64,000 nucleotides of DNA from an uncultured Alphaproteobacteria bacterium. GTDB taxonomy: Bacteria; Pseudomonadota; Alphaproteobacteria; Sphingomonadales; Sphingomonadaceae. A program made the translations under genes and the position numbers. The DNA is taken from the NCBI GenBank assembly GCA_963759895.1, contig CAVXBC010000001.1, forward strand, positions 23,659 to 87,658. Reading direction: 5' to 3'. How positions within the stretch are numbered: the stretch's first letter is position 1; each line of letters begins with the position of its first letter. A model generated the notes under the pieces. It was not told the DNA's origin and made no database searches. It saw only the letters and a program-made list of their open reading frames with translations. This document shows positions 29,793 through 40,530 of the stretch, piece after piece.

Positions 29793-30767
29793 ATGACTTC
29801 GATCTCCTCTCCCATCATCTCCGCTCCGACCGCCGACTGCCCGCATGCCACGATCCTCGACCATTCCGGAAACCGGCTATCGACGCTGAACCCTGCAGAC
29901 GTACTTGAACCATACCGCGAACATGGAGCTGTGCTCGTGCGGGGGTACGACTATGACCTGGTGGAATTTCGCGCCTTCTGCCGCCGAATCTGCCCTACCG
30001 CGGTGATCAACGAATCGCCCGGCCGCGTGGCGGTCGGCACGACCAATGAGATTCAAAGCGTCAATCTGGGCGAGGATGCGTTCCCGCTCCACCCGGAGTT
30101 GTCCCGCGAACCGTGGAAGCCGGACACCGCCTTCTTTGCCTGCCTATCCCCACCTTCACAGGCGGGGGAAACCACCATCTGCGACGGCATCGCCCTGGCG
30201 GCCAATTTGCCCGATGCTGTAAAAAAGGGCTTCTCCGGGCGGCGTCTGCTGCATTTGATGCCGACTTGGCCCGGCCTGTTCGAATTCTGGTTGGGTACCG
30301 CCAATCCGACAGCCGCGCTGCTGGCCGCCCCCCCGCCCACTTGTCCCTATCGCTTCCTGACCACCCCCGGCGGTCAGGTGGCACGAAGCTTTTCCCGACC
30401 GGCATTGCACCGCCCCATGTTTGCGGACGGACCTGCATTCGGCAATTTTCTCCTGTTTGCCCGTTTCCATGCGGGCAGGCAGGATTTTCCCTTGCTGGAC
30501 GATTTCACGCAGGTGCCGGACGACTGGGCCGAGGCAGCGCGGGCGACCGGGGAGGACCTGACTTACTCGCACCGTTGGCAACAGGGCGACATCCTGATGC
30601 TCGACAATACCCGCTTCATGCATGGCCGCAGGTCCGTGGCGCACGCCCACGAGCGGAAGATCGTGACCTATTTCGGTTATCTGGCAGGCGCCCCGCGCAG
30701 CTCTGAAGAACCGGCCAAACCGATCTGGCGCGAGCGGGATTTCAGGCCTCCGTCGGTCGTCACCTGA
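29793..30767 (+). CDS. TauD/TfdA family Fe(II)/2-oxoglutarate dioxygenase
   Basis: ORF 29733..30767(+). FPLHPELS (H-x-E iron ligands) and WQQGDILMLDNTRFMHGRR are the TauD/TfdA signatures. Start set to ATG 29793 (MTSISSPII) to avoid a divergent overlap with P2; GTG 29733 and ATG 29736 are alternatives. Confidence 0.8.
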   Translation: MTSISSPIISAPTADCPHATILDHSGNRLSTLNPADVLEPYREHGAVLVRGYDYDLVEFRAFCRRICPTAVINESPGRVAVGTTNEIQSVNLGEDAFPLHPELSREPWKPDTAFFACLSPPSQAGETTICDGIALAANLPDAVKKGFSGRRLLHLMPTWPGLFEFWLGTANPTAALLAAPPPTCPYRFLTTPGGQVARSFSRPALHRPMFADGPAFGNFLLFARFHAGRQDFPLLDDFTQVPDDWAEAARATGEDLTYSHRWQQGDILMLDNTRFMHGRRSVAHAHERKIVTYFGYLAGAPRSSEEPAKPIWRERDFRPPSVVT

Positions 30768-31083
30768 CAATCGACCGCGGCACACCACTCCGCAGTTCCC
30801 GGCCCAGGCGGCGTCCAGCGGTGCGAACTTTGACGCAAGCGATCCGAGGACCCATTTCTCGCCGAAACCGTCACTTTTGTATCGCCGTTCGCGCCTTCCG
30901 TGTTGCAAACGAGCAACTATCCAAAGTTAGGTGACGTCTCTAACGGATTATGTCTTTTCTCGTATGACTTAGGTTGCCATGCGAGGGGCAGCGCGCGTCG
31001 TGCATCCACGTGGTGCGAGCGCATTATGGGCTATGAATAGCAACTGGCGGGTCGCGCCAAATTATCTGGGGATTTGGATAGAC

Positions 31084-34000
31084 ATGAGCAAACTGAGCAA
31101 TTCGCGCCGGAAAAGCGGCATGCTGGCAAGCGCCGGCCTCGTGGCGCTGTCCCTGGCCGCTTTGTCCGCTCCCGCGTACGCACAGGATACCGATGATACC
31201 GACCCGGTTGGCGAAGGCGCCGCCGCGACGGTTTCCGACCAGGATACCGATGCCGCCGGCAAGCCGGTGGAAGGCAATGCCATCGTCGTTACCGGTTCGC
31301 GCATCAAGCGCGCCAACTACGATACGATCGAGCCTTCGGTGGTTATCGATTCCGAAAAGATCGAGGCGCGGGGCTTCGAGACGCTTGGCCAGGCGCTCAA
31401 CGAACAGCCTTCCTTTGGCGTCCCCGGGGCATCGCCGGTCGGCGGCCAGTCCGGCTTCGGCCAGGGCCAGAGCTTCGTCAACTTCCTCGGCCTCGGCTCG
31501 CAGCGCACGCTGACTCTGGTCAATTCCAAGCGCTTCGTATCGTCCAACACCGCCTCGATCTTCGGCCCGACCGGCGCCGGCAGCCAGGTCGACCTCAACG
31601 TCATCCCGACCAAACTGGTCGAGCGGATCGAGACGATCGCAGTCGGCGGCGCGCCGATCTACGGTGCGGATGCGATTTCGGGGACCATCAACGTCATCCT
31701 GAAGTCGAACTACGAAGGTCTCGAGATCGACGGGCAGTACGGCATCTCGTCGCGCGGCGACGCGGCCAACTATCGCTTCCGCGGCCTGGCCGGGACCAAC
31801 TTTGCCGGTGGGCGCGGCAACGTGACCATCGCTGGCGAATACAACCGCGGCGAAGGCCTGACCTACACCGATCGCAACCTGCTGAGCCCGGGCCTGTTCT
31901 TCCGCAACGCGAGCGACCCCAACTCGGGCTTCCTGCAGGAACTGTACAGCGATCGCCGGATCCCTTCGATCGCGAACACCGGCATCCCGATCGTCGGGCT
32001 GGCGGATTACGGCCTCGACTTCAACTTCCCCGACAACCAAGGCCCGCTTTTCGGCCTTCCCGCGGGCTTCAACGGCGCGGTGTCCGATGCGAACGGCAAC
32101 CAGCTGAAGTTCGACACCAACGGAAACCTGATCCCGATCGATTTCGGCCGTTACGCCGGCAAGCCGGGCTACCTTCGGCATCGATTTCGCCGGAGGAAAC
32201 GGCTTCAGCCTCAACGATGTCAGCAACCTGCTGAGCCCGAGCGAACGCTACAGCGCGATCGCCATCGGATCGTACGAGCTGACGGATGCCGTCCGCTTCT
32301 CGATGGAGGCGTGGTATTCGCGCTCCAAGGGCACCAACCTGACCGATCAGCCGGTGTACAACAGCGCGCTGTTCGATGCCGCTGGCACGCCTGACGGCAA
32401 CATCATCGTCAGCATCGACAATCCGTTCCTGACCCCGGCCGCACGCGCGTCCATCGTCGATGCGATCAACAACAATCCGTTCTCCGACCAGAACTTCAAC
32501 GGCGTGAACCAGGATTACTTCTATCTTGGCCGGGCCAATACCGATCTGCAGTCGGGTTTCTCGACCGGTACCGTGGAAGTGATGCGCTTCGTCGCCGCGC
32601 TCGACGGCGACTATCAGTTGTTCGGCCGGAACTGGAACTGGGAAGCGTTCGCCAATTACGGCCGTTCGGAAACGAACAGCCGCAGCCGCGAGCTGATCCA
32701 GCAGAATTTCGCCAACGCGGTGGACGCCGTGCTCGATCCCAGCGGCAACATCGTTTGCCGCCCCGGCGTAACCAGCGCGGCCATTCCTTCGATCAATTCC
32801 GCTTGCACTCCGATCAACCTGTTCGGCACCGGCCGCAACAGCCAAGCGGCGCTGGACTATGTAACTGCCATCGCCACGCCGCGTTCGCTCAACGAACTGA
32901 AGGACTTCGTCGTATCGACCGGCGGCGAAGTCTTCGCTCTGCCGGGCGGCGCGTTCTCGGTTTCGGTGGGTTACGAACACCGCGAAGAATCCCAGGATTT
33001 CGATCCGGGCGATTTCTTCCGGGGGGAACTGCAGGCGGACGGAAGCTACGCTTCATACGGCCGTTCGGTGCCGATCCAGCCGGTTTTCGGCAAGTTCAAC
33101 ACCGACGAGTTCTCGGGTGAGTTCCTGGCCGAGATCATCTCGCCCTCGAACAACGCGTTCCTGGACCTGCTCGAGGTCAAGGGTGCGGCGCGCTACGTCG
33201 ACAACTCGATCGCCGGTGGCGACTGGACCTGGACCCTGGGTGGCCGCGTTGGCGTCTTCGGCGTGAGCTTCCGCGGAAACTACACGAAGTCGATCCGCGC
33301 ACCTGCGATCACCGAGGCGTTCAACCCGTCGAGCCAGTTCTTCGGTTTCGCGACCGATCCGTGCGACTCGACAAACATCGGCAACGGAGCCAACGCCGCC
33401 AACCGAGCAGCCAACTGCGCGGCTGCGGGCATCACGCAGCCGTTCAGCTCGCTGTCCGCCAGCCGCTCGTTCAAGCAGGCGGTGGCCGGCAACCCCGACC
33501 TTCTCAACGAGAAGGCGGATAGCTGGACCGTCGGTGCGGTCATCCAACCCAGCTTCATCCCGCGTCTGCGCCTCAGCGTCGATTACGTGGACATCAAGCT
33601 GCGTGACGTGATCTCCGAGCTCACTGCGAGCACGATCGTGGCCAACTGCTATGATTCGGCGGATTTCCCGAACAACCAGTTCTGCGACCGCGTGTCGCGC
33701 GACGGAGCCAACCAGCTCGACTTCATCGAGACCGGTTACTTCAACTCGGCCGAACTGCGTTACAAGGGCATCCTCGGCGCACTCGACTACCGCGTCCCGA
33801 ACGTGTTCGGCGGGCCCGGCGCGCTCAACTTCTCGGCCAGTTACCAGTACCTGGACACGCTGAGCTCGCGCGCCGACAACAACCCGGGCACGGCTGAGAG
33901 CCGCAACGACGATTCGGTCGGCTACTCGAAGCACTCGGCAGTCGCCACGGTGTCTTACAACGAACCGGACTACGGCGTGTTCGTGCAAGCCAACTACACC

Positions 34001-34252
34001 GGCGCGACGCACATCGATTCGCAGGTCGCCGACAACTACTATCCCAATGGCCTGAACGATCTGAAGGCGATCACGTTCATCAACATGGGGGCGAACTTCA
34101 ACGTCAACGACAAGTTCGAATTCCGGCTCGTCGTCGACAACGTGTTCGACAAGAAGCCCCCTTATCCGTTCCCGGCTTCGGGTGGTGTGGTGACATACTT
34201 CCCGGGCGTGCTCGGAACTTTCTTCCGCGCAGGCGCGACCGTTAAGTTCTGA
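31084..34252 (+). pseudogene. TonB-dependent receptor (TBDR2) with one frameshift (pseudogene or sequencing error)
   Basis: ORF 30979..32394 supplies the signal peptide (MSKLSNSRRKSGMLASAGLVALSLAALSAPAYAQ from ATG 31084) and plug. Sense is lost after ...IDFGRYAGKPGY. It resumes in the frame of ORF 32303..34252 (hand translation FGIDFAGGNGFSLNDVSNLLSPSERYSAIAIGSYELTDAVRFSMEAWYSR...), ending ...AGATVKF. The switch is at about 32164-32173. Confidence 0.75.
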
Positions 34253-34277
34253 TCCGACCTTCAAAGGAACTGAAAAA

Positions 34278-34307
34278 GGGTCCCGGGCAACCGGGGCCCT
34301 TTTTTTG
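34278..34307 (+). terminator. Rho-independent terminator after TBDR2
   Basis: GGGTCCCGG-GCAA-CCGGGGCCC hairpin followed by TTTTTTTG. Confidence 0.75.
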
Positions 34308-34586
34308 TTCGGGCCATGGTATGATCGCCGCGACAGTCGCATCGGTGCCCGCTTGGGCATGGGCGCGATTTTCACTGGATTTTTCGCGCTCTATCGAAAG
34401 ATAGGTGTGGCCGTGCCGCCACTTCTCTTAAGCGTCTGCCATAACGATCCAAATTTACGTTGCGAGAGCCCGACGTGCTCGGCATTCGAGAAGTTCGCAC
34501 AAAATCGGGCGCCAAACTGCTCGAACGATGGGCGCCGCATTCAAACTCTTGCCGGCTCGCGCCGGACTTTTGGGGGACTCAACTCA

Positions 34587-37500
34587 ATGAATATGCTTTC
34601 CGCCTTGCGCGGCAAAAGTGGTATGCTGGCCAGCGCCGGCGTTGCCGCGCTTTCGCTCGCCGCCTTTGCTACCCCGGCCTACGCGCAGGACAGCGCCGCC
34701 GCCAATCCGCCTGATTGCCCCGACCAGAACTCGGACGGCGTGTGCGATCCGGATACCACCATCTCCAGTGCAGACGGCAGCACCTCGAGCAGCGGCGCCA
34801 TCGTCGTCACCGGTTCGCGCATTCGCCGCGACGAGTACTCGACGATCGAACCCATCACAGTCGTGACGGCTCAGGAAATTACCCAGTCGGGCTTCAACAG
34901 CGCCACCGATGCGCTGCAGAGCACCGAAGTCACCCAGGGCTCGGGCCAGATCAACAACTATTACGGCGGTTACGTCACCGACGGCGGCACCGGTGCCAAC
35001 ACGCTCGGCCTGCGCGGCCTCGGGCCCGCACGCACGCTCATCCTGCTCAACGGACGCCGGATCGCACCCGCAGGGACGCGCGGTTCGGTTCTCGCAGCCG
35101 ACCTCAACGTCCTGCCGACCGCGATCATCGAGCGCATTGAAATCCTCAAGGCCGGCGCGTCGTCGATCTATGGTTCGGACGCGATTGCGGGCGTCGTCAA
35201 CATCATCACCGACAGCAAGCTGCGCGGCCTGACGATCGACGCCCAAGTCAACGTCCCCGAGATCGGCGCCGGCGTCGACAAGCGTGTTTCGGCCAGCTTC
35301 GGCTTCGGCGATGACCGCTTCGACCTCATCGGCTCGGTCGAGTACCGCAAGCGGAATGCTATCCGCCTGCGCGACGTGGACTTCGCGAAGTGCCCGGTTG
35401 GTGGGTACACCACCAGCGAAGGCGCGCCGTTCGGCTCGGACGACGTCAACGGCTTCGATGGCACGCCCTGCTTCACGCTCGACAACGGGGGCGTGACCAT
35501 CAACACCCTCGGCGTCCCGACCCGCTCGGGTATCGGCCGTACCTCGGGCACGGTTGCCAACTTCAACCGCTTCGTTCCTGCCGGCGCCACCCAGGGTGGT
35601 GCAACTCCCGGGTTCCTGGGTGTCGGCACGTACGATCGCGACACCTTCGATCCCGCGAGCCAGCTCGAGGAAGTGGTGACCCCGGTTGAAACCTACACGG
35701 GCTTCCTGTCCGGCAGCTACAAGCTCGATTCGCTCGGCAATGCCGAGATCTACGGCGAAGTGCTGGCCTCGCGCCGCAAGTCGTCGTCGATCCTCTATCG
35801 CCAGCTCTCGCTGGACTATCTCCAGGGCAGCCCGCTGGTCCCGGCGATCTTCCGCAACGGCGCGTTCCTCGCACCCACCAATACGTCAAGCGGGAAGAAC
35901 ATTGCTGCCCGTGCATTCATCGGCTTCGGCAACACCGATTCCAGCCAGGACGTCGATTACGTCCGCGCCGGCGGCGGTATCCGGGGTGACTTCTTCTTCC
36001 CCGGATGGCGCTATGACGCGTACGCCGGCAAGTCGTGGACTGACGGCACTTACCAGATCGAATCCTTCTTGGTTGACCGCCTGGCCACTTCGCTGAACGT
36101 CGTTCAGAACCAAGACGGTTCGTTCAGCTGCGCCGCCCAGGCTTCGATCGCCAACTGCGTCCCCGCGCCGGTGCTCAACGCTGACACCATCGGTGGCCGA
36201 CTGCCGCAGGCATTCCGCGACTACATTCTGCAGAACACCATCGGCACCACCAAATTCCGCGAGACCACGTTCTCGGTCGGGTTCGACGGTCCGCTGTTCG
36301 CCCTCCCGGGCGGCGACGTCCAGCTGGCGTTGGGTGCGGAATATCGCAAGCAGAGCATCAACGACACGCCCGACATCAATTCGCAGACGGGCAACCTGTT
36401 CGGCCTGACCGCCGGTGTCCCGACGCGTGGTTCGGACAACGTGAAGGAAGTGTTCGGCGAAGTCTTCCTGCCGCTGCTTTCGGACCGTCCGTTCTTCGAA
36501 AACGTCAACATCGACGCGTCGGTTCGCTACACCGACTATGCTTCGTATGGCAGCGACACCACTTACAAGGTGGCGGGCGAATGGGAGTTCTTCCGCGGCT
36601 TCGGTATCCGCGGCAGCTACGGCACTTCGTATCGTGCCCCGGCCCTGTCGGAGCAGTTCCTCGGAGCGACCAGCGGGTTTGGCGCAAGCAGCGGCGACCC
36701 TTGCGACAAGGACAACTTCCCGCGTGCCAACGGTGCCCCCAACCCGGGTGCGTACTCGCCGGCACAGCAGCAGCGGGCAGCCAACTGCGCAGCGATCGGG
36801 ATCAATGTCGCAACGTTCGATCAGAACAGCGGCATCACGATCTTCAACCGTGGTGGCGCAGAAACCGGCCTGTCGGCGGAAACGTCGCGCAACTGGTCGG
36901 CGGGCGTCGTTCTCCAGCCGCGCATCTCGGCAACCACCACGCTCAGCCTCGCGCTCGATTATTTCGACATCAAGGTCAGCAACGGCGTGTCGAGCCTGAG
37001 CAGCGCGACGATCCTGTCGCGTTGCTACGGCGCGGTGGACTTCAGCCCGACGGGTGGTTTCTGCCGCTTCGTGCAGCGTGACAGCAACCAGATCCTGACC
37101 GTCACCAGCGGTTACGTGAACCTGTCGGAAGACATCGTGAAGGGTTACGAATTCAACGGCCGCTTTGCGACCGATGTCTTCGGCGGCCGGTTCACGCTCA
37201 ACGCCAACGTCACGAAGTACACTGAACAGTCGGATCGCCTCTTCCCCGAAGAGTTCCGGCGTGATGCCAACGGCGTGCTGACGGCTCCGGAATGGGTCGG
37301 TTCGTTCGACGCCAACTACCGGATGGACAACGTAACCTTCCGCTACGGCCTGAGCTGGATCGACGGAAGCAAGGGCACCTACGACTTCCTGGCGTTCAAC
37401 CGGACGACCGGCATGCCCAATGCGGCCACTGCCCAGTCCTATCGTGACGCCACGATCCTCGAGGTGGACGACTACTTCCTCCACACCGCTTCGGTTCAGT

Positions 37501-37670
37501 TCGATGTGGCTGACAGGTTCGAGTTCACCATCGGTGTCCGCAACCTGTTCGACAAGCAGCCGCCGACGATCACCAACTTCGGGTTCACCACTACGGCGAA
37601 CGCGCCGGTGTACTCGGGTTACGACTTTGTGGGCCGTACGTTCTTCGCGAACACGACCTTCAAGTTCTAA
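34587..37670 (+). CDS. TonB-dependent receptor (TBDR3), paralogue of TBDR2
   Basis: ORF 34305..37670(+). Start set to ATG 34587 (MNMLSALRGKSGMLASAGVAALSLAAFATPAYAQ, nearly the same signal peptide as TBDR2). Plug (IVVTGSRIRRDEY..., LGLRGLGPARTLILLNGRRI), barrel, terminal ...NTTFKF. Confidence 0.9.
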   Translation: MNMLSALRGKSGMLASAGVAALSLAAFATPAYAQDSAAANPPDCPDQNSDGVCDPDTTISSADGSTSSSGAIVVTGSRIRRDEYSTIEPITVVTAQEITQSGFNSATDALQSTEVTQGSGQINNYYGGYVTDGGTGANTLGLRGLGPARTLILLNGRRIAPAGTRGSVLAADLNVLPTAIIERIEILKAGASSIYGSDAIAGVVNIITDSKLRGLTIDAQVNVPEIGAGVDKRVSASFGFGDDRFDLIGSVEYRKRNAIRLRDVDFAKCPVGGYTTSEGAPFGSDDVNGFDGTPCFTLDNGGVTINTLGVPTRSGIGRTSGTVANFNRFVPAGATQGGATPGFLGVGTYDRDTFDPASQLEEVVTPVETYTGFLSGSYKLDSLGNAEIYGEVLASRRKSSSILYRQLSLDYLQGSPLVPAIFRNGAFLAPTNTSSGKNIAARAFIGFGNTDSSQDVDYVRAGGGIRGDFFFPGWRYDAYAGKSWTDGTYQIESFLVDRLATSLNVVQNQDGSFSCAAQASIANCVPAPVLNADTIGGRLPQAFRDYILQNTIGTTKFRETTFSVGFDGPLFALPGGDVQLALGAEYRKQSINDTPDINSQTGNLFGLTAGVPTRGSDNVKEVFGEVFLPLLSDRPFFENVNIDASVRYTDYASYGSDTTYKVAGEWEFFRGFGIRGSYGTSYRAPALSEQFLGATSGFGASSGDPCDKDNFPRANGAPNPGAYSPAQQQRAANCAAIGINVATFDQNSGITIFNRGGAETGLSAETSRNWSAGVVLQPRISATTTLSLALDYFDIKVSNGVSSLSSATILSRCYGAVDFSPTGGFCRFVQRDSNQILTVTSGYVNLSEDIVKGYEFNGRFATDVFGGRFTLNANVTKYTEQSDRLFPEEFRRDANGVLTAPEWVGSFDANYRMDNVTFRYGLSWIDGSKGTYDFLAFNRTTGMPNAATAQSYRDATILEVDDYFLHTASVQFDVADRFEFTIGVRNLFDKQPPTITNFGFTTTANAPVYSGYDFVGRTFFANTTFKF

Positions 37671-37694
37671 TCGAAGCCTTAAGGCAAAACGAAA

Positions 37695-37723
37695 GGGCCC
37701 CGGGAAACCGGGGCCCTTTTTTT
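37695..37723. terminator. Rho-independent terminator after TBDR3, probably bidirectional (also downstream of clpB)
   Basis: GGGCCCCGG-GAAA-CCGGGGCCC followed by TTTTTTT on the plus strand. On the minus strand the same hairpin is followed by TTTCGTTTTG. It lies between the convergent TBDR3 and clpB genes. Confidence 0.75.
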
Positions 37724-37791
37724 GTCTGCGGTCGCCGAATGGTACTGAACCGGCGACCCCGCGGTGCAGGCGTTCGGCCAGTCCGGCAAAC

Positions 37792-40371
<2,580 letters not shown>

Positions 40372-40530
40372 GGGTGCCCTCAAATCTTTGCGCGCGATCG
40401 GTGTATTAGTCTCGTAGTTGGGTCCAAACCAACCCGCCGACAACCCCCCGCGTTCAGGACCCTGCATCAAGTCCCCGGTTGCAACGGACCTGACCCCCGC
40501 TATGGCCGTTTGGCGGGAGAGAATTACAAC

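Noticed and set aside
34305-34586. Upstream extension of the TBDR3 ORF (also 30979..31083 for TBDR2 and 20245..20322 for TBDR1)
   Set aside because: The extensions precede obvious signal peptides that start at internal ATGs. The TBDR3 extension also begins inside the upstream terminator T-tract.
35886-37484. 532-aa minus-strand ORF opposite TBDR3. The same applies to 42727..44997 opposite M16, 52788..54215 opposite WS/DGAT, 54182..55357 opposite the hydrolase, 55838..56914 opposite the TBDR-like gene, 39001..39936 opposite clpB and 41479..42678 opposite the acylase
   Set aside because: All are antisense to genes with clear family signatures. None shows a signal peptide, catalytic motif or RBS-supported start.
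40404-40432. Candidate promoter for clpB on the minus strand: TTGGTT-N17-CTAATA, 32 nt upstream of the ATG
   Set aside because: I looked for an RpoH-type heat-shock promoter, which is expected for clpB. I found only this sigma-70-like hexamer pair, which could be chance. It is not reported as a feature without 5'-end data.
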